Notes: a model not told the origin generated them from the letters alone. A stretch of 34,556 bases of DNA from Chloroflexota bacterium (GCA_028873745.1 JAPPNT010000027.1:10793-45348), one strand, 5' to 3'. Counted from the first letter of the stretch, positions 23,002 through 33,257 are shown. Translations and numbers: made by a program.

Positions 23002-23814
23002 ATGGCCGCCCCGGTCATCGCGCTCCTCACCGATTTCGGCCTCATCGACACCTACGTCGGCGAGCTCAAGGGCGCAGTCCTCACCGTCAACTCTGACACC
23101 ACAATTGTGGACATAACACACCACGTTCCGCCCCAGGGCGTCGACGCCGGCGCCTTCCTCCTCGGCAACGCCGCCGATGCGTTTCCCTCCGGCACGGTCT
23201 TCATCGCCGTCGTCGACCCGGGGGTCGGCAGTGAACGGAGACCGCTCCTCGTTGAGACGCCCCGCGCCGCCTTTGTTGGTCCCGACAACGGCCTCTTCAC
23301 CCGCGTCGTGTGGCCCGGAACCGTCGACGGTCCCGCAACCCCTGTCCTCGCGTCGCTTCCGCCTGGCGTGCGGGCGTGGCGGCTCACCAACCCCGCTTAC
23401 TGGCGCGAGCACGTCAGCAACACCTTCCACGGCCGTGACGTCTTCGCGCCCGTCGCCGCCCACTACGCCTCCGGTGTCGCCGCGGGGACGCTCGGCGAGC
23501 GCGTCGACGCGATCTGGCGGCTGCCGGTGCCGCAACCCACGGCGCGGGATGGCGTCGTCACCGGCGAGGTCGTCTACGTCGATCACTACGGCAACCTCGT
23601 GACCAACATCCCCGTCACGATTCTGCCAACTGCTGCGGTGGTGGAAGTTGGGGAGCAGCGCATTGAGGGACTGAGCATGCACTACGACGCGGAACGCCCG
23701 CTCGTCGCAATCGTCGGCAGCCATGACACGCTGGAGATCGCGGTGCCGGGGAGCAGCGCGGCTGAGGCGCTTGGCGTGGGGCGAGGGGTGCAGGTGCGGG
23801 TTGCGCCCGCTTAG
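23002..23814 (+). CDS. SAM hydrolase / SAM-dependent halogenase family protein (DUF62, S-adenosyl-L-methionine hydroxide adenosyltransferase-like)
   Basis: IALLTDFGLIDTYVGELKGAV...VVDPGVGSERRP...GPDNGLFT...FHGRDVFAPVAAH...VDHYGNLVTNI are hallmark motifs of the family. Confidence 0.8.
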   Translation: MAAPVIALLTDFGLIDTYVGELKGAVLTVNSDTTIVDITHHVPPQGVDAGAFLLGNAADAFPSGTVFIAVVDPGVGSERRPLLVETPRAAFVGPDNGLFTRVVWPGTVDGPATPVLASLPPGVRAWRLTNPAYWREHVSNTFHGRDVFAPVAAHYASGVAAGTLGERVDAIWRLPVPQPTARDGVVTGEVVYVDHYGNLVTNIPVTILPTAAVVEVGEQRIEGLSMHYDAERPLVAIVGSHDTLEIAVPGSSAAEALGVGRGVQVRVAPA

Positions 23815-24173
23815 TCGTCCAGCAGTGCGCCCAGCCTGTCCACCAACTCCGAGACTTGGGACAGGCCGTCTCTCACCAATCGGGGAGACATCCATCCCTC
23901 GTAGAAGTTAATGTGCAGGGAATTGGCCGCATGAAAGAGGATGCCCAGCCTGCGGTCTCCGGCCTCCTCAGCCAAGCGGTCGATCACTGTGAAGAGAGAC
24001 TGGTGGCTCCTGTGCTGCCATCTCCGTCGATGCGCCACGCACTTGACCATCTGGGCTGCGGCCCCCCATCCCTTTTCCGAGGCTTGACGCAAGTCACCAT
24101 CGGCCAAGTAGTCCCATGCTCTGGCCATGAAGTCCCTGCCGGTAGACTGGTACCGCTCCACTTGCGTGGTCAT
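23811..24173 (-). CDS. PaREP1-like / HEPN-superfamily-like small helical protein
   Basis: ...ARAWDYLADGDLRQASEKGWGAAAQMVKCVA...SLHINFYEG... resembles the PaREP1 family as I remember it. Contains RRRWQH (an R-x4-H pattern). SD AGGAG lies 7 nt before the ATG. Many rare codons (TTG, AGG, AGA, CAA, TCT) and a TAA stop, unlike neighbouring genes. Confidence 0.5.
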   Translation of the reverse strand: MTTQVERYQSTGRDFMARAWDYLADGDLRQASEKGWGAAAQMVKCVAHRRRWQHRSHQSLFTVIDRLAEEAGDRRLGILFHAANSLHINFYEGWMSPRLVRDGLSQVSELVDRLGALLDD

Positions 24174-24192
24174 GTGCGATCTCCTTAAGGGG

Positions 24193-24201
24193 ATTCTAGC
24201 A
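24193..24201 (-). promoter_or_regulatory. Extended -10 promoter element TGCTAGAAT for the PaREP1-like gene
   Basis: The minus strand reads TGCTAGAAT (TGn plus TAGAAT), 19 nt upstream of the ATG at 24173. It lies in the 55-nt gap after the FAD-oxidase stop. Confidence 0.4.
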
Positions 24202-24228
24202 TGCCGGCAGACTGGGGGATATGTGCGC

Positions 24229-25644
24229 CTAGAGGTCCAGGTTCCCGGGGTTGAGCACCCGCTGCGGGTCGAGCGCCTGCTTCACGCGGCGGAGCGCCTC
24301 CAGGCCAGCATCGCCGCGGTCCCGGCGCATCAGGTGCGTCAGCTTGAGCCCGACGCCGTGGCAGTACTCCATCGAGCCGCCCAAGTCCTGCGCTGCTGAG
24401 AGGATGTCGTCAACCGCGCGGCCCATCAACGCCGCATCGGGCCGGTCCGCCGGCGACGGGTCGGATATGAGCAGCGAGAAGTACTCAGGCCGGCCCCACA
24501 GCGACCACTCGCGCACCGGGATGCCCCGCCCCGCCAGCAGCCGGCGGCAGTAGTCGTGGTACTCGGGCACCGCCGAGGCCGGGATGGCGACGTGCAGGTA
24601 GTCCATGCGCCACGGCCGGCGCTGGCGCCGCGCCGCATGCCCGTGCTCCAGCACCTCGCGCTTGTACCGCTCCGCCGACGAGTGCCGTCCGCGCCAGAAT
24701 TCCTCCACCTCCTCGGTGGGGAGCAGCTCGCCGCCCGACGCGACGCAGATGCGGTGGCCGCGGTCGACCTGGGCCGCCACCTCCTCGCGGTAGCCCTCGA
24801 AGGAGAGGTACAGCGTCGTTTCGCTCTCGTCCGGCTGCGACAGGCCGTCGCGGGGGAACTCCTCGTCGAAGTCGATCATGGCGGGGCGCAGGCCGATGGC
24901 GTGCATCTCCTGGACGGCGCTGTAGCCCGCCATGAAGCCGTTGAAGCGGTAGGCGCTCAGGTGACGCTCCTCCGGCTGCGGGTGGGCGATAAGCGTGGCG
25001 CGGGTGATGATGCCCATGGCCCCTTCAGCGCCGACGAACAGGCTGTCCACATCCGGCCCCGCCACCTTGGGCACGCCCGGCGTCTCGATGACATCTCCGT
25101 TGCCGAGGACCACCTGCAGCCCAAGCACCTGCTCGCCCATGCTGCCGTACTTACCCGCGAGGTAGCCCATGCCGTTCGTTGAGATTGCTCCGCCGACGGT
25201 CGCGATGGGCCTGCTCCACGGGTCGTGCCCCAGCAGCAGTCCCTGCCGCACGAGCGCGTCTTCCACGTCATCGAGGATGGCCCCGGCGCCGACGGTCGCG
25301 CGGCGGCCCTCTCGGTCGATGTCGTGCACGGCGTCCAACCCGCGCAGCTCGACGACGATGGCGCCCTCGACGGGCACGGCGCCGCCCATGACGCCCGTGC
25401 CACCGCCGCGCGGCACGAGGGGGATGCCCCGCTCCGAGGCGTACGCCGCCACGGCCGAGACCTCCTCGACGCACGTGGGCGATACCAGTGCCGCCGGAAG
25501 CACCTCGACGCCGCCCGTGCGCTGGAACGCGCGGTAGGCCGCCAGCGCGTCGCCGGAGACCCGCGACAGCTCGTCGGCGTCGACGGACACGCGTTGCGGG
25601 GGGAGCAGGAGGGACAGGTCGGTGATGATTGAGGTGGCCGTCAC
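24229..25644 (-). CDS. FAD-linked oxidase (PCMH-type FAD-binding domain, GlcD/D-lactate dehydrogenase-like)
   Basis: ...ERGIPLVPRGGGTGVMGGAVP...VGAGAILDDV...GHDPWS...TVGGAISTNGMGY... plus a C-terminal FAD-oxidase_C-like region. GTG start. Confidence 0.8.
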   Translation of the reverse strand: MTATSIITDLSLLLPPQRVSVDADELSRVSGDALAAYRAFQRTGGVEVLPAALVSPTCVEEVSAVAAYASERGIPLVPRGGGTGVMGGAVPVEGAIVVELRGLDAVHDIDREGRRATVGAGAILDDVEDALVRQGLLLGHDPWSRPIATVGGAISTNGMGYLAGKYGSMGEQVLGLQVVLGNGDVIETPGVPKVAGPDVDSLFVGAEGAMGIITRATLIAHPQPEERHLSAYRFNGFMAGYSAVQEMHAIGLRPAMIDFDEEFPRDGLSQPDESETTLYLSFEGYREEVAAQVDRGHRICVASGGELLPTEEVEEFWRGRHSSAERYKREVLEHGHAARRQRRPWRMDYLHVAIPASAVPEYHDYCRRLLAGRGIPVREWSLWGRPEYFSLLISDPSPADRPDAALMGRAVDDILSAAQDLGGSMEYCHGVGLKLTHLMRRDRGDAGLEALRRVKQALDPQRVLNPGNLDL

Positions 25645-25690
25645 GTAAGCCTCGCTCGGTCCGGGAGGGAGAGTGGGTCTGAAAGCATGG

Positions 25691-27054
<1,364 letters not shown>

Positions 27055-27058
<4 letters not shown>

Positions 27059-27531
27059 GGGGTTTCCTCCAGGAGGGCCACGGCATGCACGGCGATGCCC
27101 TCGCCGCCGCCGATGGCCCCGAGGCCGTCATTGGTCTTGGCCTTGACGTTTATCTGCTCCGGTCTGGCCGACAGGCACTCCGCTATGCACGCTTGCATGG
27201 GCGCCAGGTGCGGCTTCATCACGGGCTTTTCAGCTATGATTGTAGCATCCAGATTGACCAGCCTCCAACCGCTGCCGCCCACCAGCGCCGCCACGCGCCG
27301 GAGCAGCTCCCGGCTGTCCGCGTCCTTGTACGCCGGATCGCTGGAGGGGAACTGGCCGCCGATGTCGCCGAGGCCGGCGGCGCCCAGCAGCGCGTCGATG
27401 ACGGCGTGCAGCAACGCGTCGCCGTCGCTGTGGCCCAGCAGGCCGCGGTCGTGGGGGATGGTGACGCCGCCGAGCACCAGGGGACGGCCCTCGACCAGGC
27501 GGTGAATGTCGTACCCGTTCCCTATGCGGAT
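27055..27531 (-). CDS. ispF: 2-C-methyl-D-erythritol 2,4-cyclodiphosphate synthase; start assigned to a non-canonical ATC
   Basis: IRIGNGYDIHRLVEGRPLVLGGVTIPHDRGLLGHSDGDALLHAVIDALLGAAGLGDIG...DSRELL... aligns along its length with IspF (E. coli MRIGHGFDVHAF...). The first in-frame ATG/GTG/TTG is GTG 27477, which would delete the Zn-binding D/H motif. ATC 27531-27529 aligns with Met1 and has GGAGG (27543-27539) 7 nt upstream. Confidence 0.8.
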
Positions 27532-28223
27532 GGCGACACCTCCGCCATACCGCGGGCGGCGAGGATGGCCTCGGCCATCGCCAGGTCCTGCGGCGTGGTG
27601 ACCTTCAGGTTGCCGTAGTCGCCTTGAAAGACGCGGACGTCGTGCCCCAGCCGCTCCAGCATGGTGGCCTCGTCCGTAACGTCGTCATTCGACTGCGCGA
27701 AGGCCCGTTCGAGCAGATCGCGGCGGAACACCTGCGGCGTCTGCACGGCCCACAGCCGCGAGCGGTCCAGTGTCTCGACGACGCGGTCGCCGTCTTCCAC
27801 GACCTTCACCGTGTCCGTCACCGGCACCGCAGCAACGGCCACGCCTGTCGCCTTCGCCGCCTCCAACCCGCGGTAGACCATCGAGCGCCCGACGCACGGC
27901 CGCGCGACATCGTGGATGACGACCCATTCCACCTTCGGCAGCCGCTCCAGCCCGCGTCGGACCGAGTCTTGGCGTCGCTCGCCGCCGGTGCAGATGCTCC
28001 AACCGACGGACCACCCACGCCGCATGAGCACGTACTGTCCCTGCTCCAGGTTGCGCTCAGACACGACGATCATGCCGGCGGCCACCTCCGGCACCGACGC
28101 CATCACGCCGAGGCAGTGGTCGAGGATGGGGCGACCGCGTAGATTGGCGAACACCTTGTCGATGCCCTCCATACGGCGGCTCTCGCCCGCCCCCACCAGA
28201 ATGACGCCAATGTGGCCCGGCAA
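27522..28223 (-). CDS. ispD: 2-C-methyl-D-erythritol 4-phosphate cytidylyltransferase
   Basis: ...GVILVGAGESRRMEGIDKVF...VIHDVARP...VPVTDTVK... is IspD-like. TTG start preceded by GGAGAAG. The 3' end overlaps the inferred ispF start by 10 nt. Confidence 0.85.
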   Translation of the reverse strand: MPGHIGVILVGAGESRRMEGIDKVFANLRGRPILDHCLGVMASVPEVAAGMIVVSERNLEQGQYVLMRRGWSVGWSICTGGERRQDSVRRGLERLPKVEWVVIHDVARPCVGRSMVYRGLEAAKATGVAVAAVPVTDTVKVVEDGDRVVETLDRSRLWAVQTPQVFRRDLLERAFAQSNDDVTDEATMLERLGHDVRVFQGDYGNLKVTTPQDLAMAEAILAARGMAEVSPSA

Positions 28224-28347
28224 CTGTCTTCTCCGCGACTGAAATTGCTCTACGCGCTGGGAGTCAAGAGGGCAAGGTGCGCATTGCGAATCTCAGCATA
28301 GCATAGGGCAGATAGCCGAAAAAGCTGCGCCCCGCCTTTGGGGACGG

Positions 28348-28953
28348 CTACCCGGCCCGGACGTACCGCTCCAACGCCGCGCGGTAGTCCTCAAGGGTGT
28401 TGATGTCGAGGCGCACCATGGGGTCGCCGAGCTCCACGCGCTGCAGGCTGTCCAGGTGCCGGCCCACGACCTCGCGGATGCCCTGGCGCTCCTCGGAGAT
28501 GGCCAGCAATTCCGCCCGCAGCGAGGCGTGGAAGACGATGGGGTGCCCGCCACGGCCCTCGTAGGTGGGGTGCGTCACGTGGGCGTTGCCCGCCAGGTGT
28601 ACTTCAATGACGCTGCGGATGATCGCGGGCGTGCGCGGTTGGTCGACGGCCAGCAGCAGGATGCTGTCTGCGTCGGCGTCGACGTGCGACACGCCCAGCC
28701 GCACCGAGGTGGTCTTGCCCTCCGGCGCGCGCTGGTTGACCACGGTGCGGACGTTTGAGATGTCCGTAACGCAGGCCTCCGCGTCGAGCGTGGTCGGCCC
28801 GAGCACGACCACGATGGGGGCGGCTCCCGATTCCGCCAACGACTCGACTTGGTAGCGCACGAGAGGAACGTCGCCCCACAGCAGCAGGGGTTTGGGTTGG
28901 CCCATTCGTGAGGACTCGCCCGCGGCGAGCAGGACAGCGGCGACGCCGGGCAC
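28348..28953 (-). CDS. mocA: MobA-like NTP transferase, probable molybdenum cofactor cytidylyltransferase
   Basis: AAVLLAAGESSRMGQPKPLL...VVNQRAPEGKTTSVRLG...LLLAVDQP... GTG start 2 nt after the xdhC-like stop, with AGGAG 6 nt upstream. Confidence 0.7.
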   Translation of the reverse strand: MPGVAAVLLAAGESSRMGQPKPLLLWGDVPLVRYQVESLAESGAAPIVVVLGPTTLDAEACVTDISNVRTVVNQRAPEGKTTSVRLGVSHVDADADSILLLAVDQPRTPAIIRSVIEVHLAGNAHVTHPTYEGRGGHPIVFHASLRAELLAISEERQGIREVVGRHLDSLQRVELGDPMVRLDINTLEDYRAALERYVRAG

Positions 28954-28955
28954 GC

Positions 28956-30089
28956 CTAGCTCCTGCCGGGGACTGCCGTGCCCTTTTCGCGGGCGATGCC
29001 GAAGAGGCGGTTGTCCATCTGCAGCGCGGAGCCGCTGGCGCCATGCCTGAGCGCCACGATCTCCGACATGATGCTGAGCGCGATCTCCTCCGGCGTCCGG
29101 CCGCCCAGGTCAAGGCCAACGGGCGCGCGCACGGCGCGGATGCGCTCCTCCGGGATGCCTTTGCGGAAGAGCTCCTCGAAGATCATGAGGTTCTTGCGCT
29201 TGCTGCCCAGGATGCCGACGTAGCTCGCTTTGGAGCGCACGGCCGCTTCCGCGGCCATGTCGTCATAGCGGTGGCCGCGCGTCGCGACGACGACGGCCGT
29301 GTTGGGCGTGATGGGGATGCTCTCAAGGCCCTTGTCGTACTCCGCGACGATGGTCTCCACCGCGTCCGGGAACCGCTCGGGGTTCGCGAACTCCGGGCGG
29401 TCGTCCACGACGTAATACTGGTACCCCAGCGGGCCCGCCAGGGTGGTGAGCGCCTTGGAGATGTGGCCGCCGCCCATGACGACCAGCGTCGGCGGGAGGG
29501 TGAACGCCTCGATGAACAACTGGAAGCCCTCGTCCGTCGTGTGGTGCTCGCACTTGCCGTAGTCCAGCAGCAGCTCGATGCGGTCGATGGCCTGCGCGTC
29601 GAGCGTCTCGCTGCTGAGGGTGCCCTTTGTATTACGGGCCGCGTCCAAGTACAGCTTCGTGCCGACGGCCAGCGACGAGCCCTCCGGCGCGCCCACGAGC
29701 GTCGCGATGCCGATTGCCGTGTCGCCGTCGTAGGCCCGCTCTACCTTGCGGAGCTCCGGGAGCACGTCAACCGGCTCGCGGATGGGGTCGAGCAGGAAGT
29801 GCATGGTGCCGCCGCAGATGAGACCGTCCCGCGCGGCCAGCTCCTCGGTGAGCTCGTAGTCGCGCACCTCTGCGGGGCCGCCGCCGCGCAGCAGCATCTT
29901 GGCCGCGAACCAGATGTCGCCCTCGACGCAGCCGCCGCCCAGCGTCCCGACGCCGCTGCCGTCGGCGCGCACGAGGAGCTTGGCGCCGGGCTTCTGCGGC
30001 GTGGAGCCCTCCGTCTGGATGACGGTGACCAACACGCAGGGGTCACCGGCCTCCAGGGCCTTGACGGTCTCATGAAACACGTGCTGCAT
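28956..30089 (-). CDS. XdhC/CoxI family molybdenum-hydroxylase accessory protein
   Basis: MQHVFHETVKALEAGDPCVLVTVIQTEGSTPQKPGAKLLV...GGGCVEGD... (XdhC_CoxI N domain) and ...LVVMGGGHISKAL... (Rossmann-like C domain). ATG 30089 is preceded by GGAGG. The 76 upstream residues of the track ORF were not used. Confidence 0.75.
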   Translation of the reverse strand: MQHVFHETVKALEAGDPCVLVTVIQTEGSTPQKPGAKLLVRADGSGVGTLGGGCVEGDIWFAAKMLLRGGGPAEVRDYELTEELAARDGLICGGTMHFLLDPIREPVDVLPELRKVERAYDGDTAIGIATLVGAPEGSSLAVGTKLYLDAARNTKGTLSSETLDAQAIDRIELLLDYGKCEHHTTDEGFQLFIEAFTLPPTLVVMGGGHISKALTTLAGPLGYQYYVVDDRPEFANPERFPDAVETIVAEYDKGLESIPITPNTAVVVATRGHRYDDMAAEAAVRSKASYVGILGSKRKNLMIFEELFRKGIPEERIRAVRAPVGLDLGGRTPEEIALSIMSEIVALRHGASGSALQMDNRLFGIAREKGTAVPGRS

Positions 30090-30176
30090 GTCTGCGCGAC
30101 CTCCACGCGGCTGGCACCATTCTACCGCAGCGCCCCAAGCCGTGCAGCCCTGCACTGCTTCGGCTTCCAAATGAGA

Positions 30177-30204
30177 CAGCGCCTCGGCTCTCGCCGGGGC
30201 GCTG
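30177..30204 (-). terminator. Terminator hairpin after the ABC transporter operon
   Basis: 12-bp stem (CAGCGCCYCGGC / GCCGGGGCGCTG, one G-U pair) with a 4-nt loop. On the minus strand it is followed by TCTCATTT. Lies between the oppF-like stop (30227) and the xdhC-like start (30089). Confidence 0.5.
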
Positions 30205-30226
30205 CCATGCGTCGCTTCGTTGGTTT

Positions 30227-31198
30227 CTAGTACAGGTGGCAGTTCACGAAGTGGCCGGGGGCCATCTCCTTGCGCACCGGGATCTCCTGTGAGCAGATGT
30301 CCATCGCGTACGGGCACCGGACGTGGAACCGGCAGCCGGAGGGCGGGTTGATGGGGCTGGGGACCTCACCGCGCAGGATGATCTCCTCCCGCTGTGAGTC
30401 CGGGTTCGCAGTCAGCGCCGCCGAGAATAGGGCCTTCGTGTACGGGTGGAGCGTGTTGTCGTACAGCTCGTTCGTCTCGGCCTGCTCCACAATCTCGCCG
30501 AGGTACATGACCGCCACCTCGTTGGCGAGGTAGCGGACGGTGGCGAGGTTGTGGGCCACGAGCAGGTAACCGACACCGAACGACTCCTGCAGGTCCTTCA
30601 GCAGGTTGATGATCTGCGCCTGAATGGACACGTCCAGAGCCGAAACCGGCTCGTCCAGGCAGATCAGCTTGGGGTTGCCCACCAGCGCCGCCGCGAGGGC
30701 CAGCCTCTGCCGCTGGCCGCCGCTGAACTCGTGCGGGTACAGGGTGGACTGCTGCGTGCGAAGCCCCACCTGCGTCAGCAGGTAGTCGACGCGGTCATAG
30801 GCTTCGACCTTGGTCACCTTCTGGTTGACCACCAGCGCCTCGGAGATGATGTCGCGCACGCGCATGCGGGGGCTGAGGGAGCTCCACGGGTCCTGGAAGA
30901 CCGCTTGGACGTCCGTGTGGTACTGCTTCAGCTCCTCGCCCTCCATCTGGTGGACGTCCGAGTTCTCAAGCGAGATCTGGCCGGTAGTCGGACGCTCCAG
31001 CCGGAGGATGAGTTTTGCGGTGGTCGTCTTGCCGCACCCGGACTCCCCCACCAGCGCGAGCGTCTCGCCCCGCCGGATGGTGAAGTTGATGTGGTCGACC
31101 GCCTGCACCCAGCCGATGATCTTCTGGAGCACGAGCCCCTTGGTCACCGGGAAGTACTTCGTCAGGTCTGTAGCCCGGAGCAGGACGTCCTGTTCCAT
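30227..31198 (-). CDS. Peptide/nickel-type ABC transporter ATP-binding protein (OppF/DppF-like)
   Basis: Walker A GESGCGKTT, signature FSGGQRQRLALA, Walker B LICLDEP, and the C-terminal oligopeptide-transporter extension with Cys residues. ATG 31198 is preceded by GGAGG. Confidence 0.8.
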   Translation of the reverse strand: MEQDVLLRATDLTKYFPVTKGLVLQKIIGWVQAVDHINFTIRRGETLALVGESGCGKTTTAKLILRLERPTTGQISLENSDVHQMEGEELKQYHTDVQAVFQDPWSSLSPRMRVRDIISEALVVNQKVTKVEAYDRVDYLLTQVGLRTQQSTLYPHEFSGGQRQRLALAAALVGNPKLICLDEPVSALDVSIQAQIINLLKDLQESFGVGYLLVAHNLATVRYLANEVAVMYLGEIVEQAETNELYDNTLHPYTKALFSAALTANPDSQREEIILRGEVPSPINPPSGCRFHVRCPYAMDICSQEIPVRKEMAPGHFVNCHLY

Positions 31199-31217
31199 GA
31201 TGCCTCCAATTAGCCTG

Positions 31218-32273
31218 TTATACGGCGGCTTCCGCCACCTTGTGCCACTCCGACTGCCCTTCCAGCAGCCAGCAATCGGCCGTGTGGCCCTGATCATCGG
31301 AGAAGGAGGACGGGTATGCCTCCAGACACTTGTCCGTCACGAACTCGCACCGGTTGGCGAACCGGCACCCGACGGGCAGATCGAACAGCGCCGGCGGCTG
31401 CCCCTCGATCGAGTACAGCTTATCGACGTGCTTCTCCTCCATGGAGGGCACCGAGGCCATCAGGGCCTTGGTGTACGGGTGGGAGGGGTTCTTGAACAGC
31501 GTACGAATCTCGCCCTGCTCCACCACACGGCCGGCGTACATGACCAGCACCCTGTCGCACATCTTGGCCACCACGCCCATGTCGTGCGTGATGAAGATGA
31601 TGGAGACGCCGGACTCCGCCTGCACCTGCTTCAGCAGGCGGAGGTACTGGGCCTGAATCGTCACGTCGAGCGCCGTGGTGGGCTCGTCGCAGATGAGCAC
31701 ACGCGGCGTGCCGGCGATGGCCATGGCGCCCACCACGCGCTGCTTCATGCCACCGCTCATCTGGTGGGGGAAGTCGTGGACCCGGCGCTCCGGCGCCGCC
31801 ACGCCCATCCTTCGCAGAATGTCGACGGCCCGCTCGCGCAGCCCCCGCTGCTGCTCCTCCTGGTAGTACATGCCCAGAGCTTCCACCATCTGGTTGCCGA
31901 CGGTGAACACGGGGTTCAGGGAGGTCATGGGGTCCTGCAAAATCATGGAGATCTTCTGGCCCCGGACGAAGCGCATCTCGTTCTCCGGCCGCTCAAGGAT
32001 GTTCTCCCCGTCCAGCCAGATCTCGCCGCTGACGATTCGCGCCGCCGGCTTGGGCGCAAGGCGAAGCAGCGTCAACGCCGTCATGCTCTTGCCACAGCCG
32101 GACTCGCCCACGATGCCAAGGGTCTCACCCTCACGCACCTGGAAGTTCAGGCCGTCCACTGCCTTGGTGATGCCCCAGCGCGTGTAGAGGTAGGTGCGCA
32201 GGTCCTTGACGTCGAGGACCACGTCGCCAATGTTCTTCTCCGGTTCCTGATAGACTTCCGACTGTGTGGTCAT
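31218..32273 (-). CDS. Peptide/nickel-type ABC transporter ATP-binding protein (OppD/DppD-like)
   Basis: Walker A GESGCGKS, signature MSGGMKQRV, Walker B LICDEPTTALD, and the OppD-type C-terminal extension. Confidence 0.8.
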   Translation of the reverse strand: MTTQSEVYQEPEKNIGDVVLDVKDLRTYLYTRWGITKAVDGLNFQVREGETLGIVGESGCGKSMTALTLLRLAPKPAARIVSGEIWLDGENILERPENEMRFVRGQKISMILQDPMTSLNPVFTVGNQMVEALGMYYQEEQQRGLRERAVDILRRMGVAAPERRVHDFPHQMSGGMKQRVVGAMAIAGTPRVLICDEPTTALDVTIQAQYLRLLKQVQAESGVSIIFITHDMGVVAKMCDRVLVMYAGRVVEQGEIRTLFKNPSHPYTKALMASVPSMEEKHVDKLYSIEGQPPALFDLPVGCRFANRCEFVTDKCLEAYPSSFSDDQGHTADCWLLEGQSEWHKVAEAAV

Positions 32274-32277
32274 AGCG

Positions 32278-33207
32278 TTACACCTGCCGCAGTTTCGGGT
32301 CCAACTTGTCGCGGAGCCAGTCGCCCATCATGTTCATGGAGAGCACCACGAACATGATTGCGAGACCGGGCATGACGGCGATCCACCAGGCGCTCGCGAT
32401 GTGGTCGCGCCCGTCCGCCACCATGACGCCCCACGCCGGGTTCGGCCGCGGAATGCCGGCGCCGAGGAAGCTCAGCGTGGCCTCCAGCAGGATGACGGTG
32501 CCCACCTGCAGCGTCGCCAGCACGATGAGCGTGTTCACCACGTTCGGGAAGACGTGCTTGACGATGATGCGCAGGTTGGAGCAACCGGCCACACGCGCAC
32601 GGGCCACGAAGTCCAGCGCCTTGATGGACAGGACCTCTGCGCGGATTTGGCGAGTGTATCTCGACCATAGGAGCACGGATATCACTCCAATGGCCGTATA
32701 GAAGCTTGGACCAAACACCGCCACAATCACCAAGGCCATCAAGATGAGCGGCAGCGCAAGGAAGGTGTCCACCACCCTCATGATGAGGTGGTCAACCCAC
32801 CTGCCAAAGTAACCGGAGACGAGGCCCAGTGTCGTTCCGATGGTGCCTCCAATCGCCAGCGCGGAGAGCGAGACCATCAGGGAGATGCGCGAGCCGTGCA
32901 TGATGCGGCTCAGGATGTCCCGGCCCTGCTTGTCGGTCCCCAGGATGTTGGTCCAGGTACCGGGCTTGTCCGGATTCCCCTGGTCCCACACCGGCGGGGT
33001 AAGCCGCTTGCTGAGCTGCTGCTTCAGCGGGTCATGGGGCGCGGTAAAGTCCGCCGTCAGCGCCGGAAAGACCAGCACCAGGAAGAGAATGGTCAGCCAA
33101 ACAACCGGATATTCCTTGAAGATGAGGGTGCCGAGGTTTCGCAACCTCGTTGGACTGTACCAGGGCAGCCTCTGCGGCAGTTGAAGAACGCTTCCCTCAG
33201 TTGCCAT
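32278..33207 (-). CDS. Peptide/nickel-type ABC transporter permease (OppC/DppC-like)
   Basis: Polytopic membrane protein with ...ILGTDKQGRDILSR... and the BPD-transporter EAA region (...ARVAGCSNLRIIVKHVFPN...). Confidence 0.8.
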   Translation of the reverse strand: MATEGSVLQLPQRLPWYSPTRLRNLGTLIFKEYPVVWLTILFLVLVFPALTADFTAPHDPLKQQLSKRLTPPVWDQGNPDKPGTWTNILGTDKQGRDILSRIMHGSRISLMVSLSALAIGGTIGTTLGLVSGYFGRWVDHLIMRVVDTFLALPLILMALVIVAVFGPSFYTAIGVISVLLWSRYTRQIRAEVLSIKALDFVARARVAGCSNLRIIVKHVFPNVVNTLIVLATLQVGTVILLEATLSFLGAGIPRPNPAWGVMVADGRDHIASAWWIAVMPGLAIMFVVLSMNMMGDWLRDKLDPKLRQV

Positions 33208-33257
33208 TGTCGGTACTCCCTATCCTTTCGATTAATCGGTCCAGCAGCGTCTCTCGC

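Noticed and set aside
28224-28347. Possible terminator after the mocA-like gene (CCCC ... GGGG followed by CAGCTTTTT on the minus strand).
   Set aside because: Only a 4-5 bp stem could be drawn by eye, which is too weak to call.
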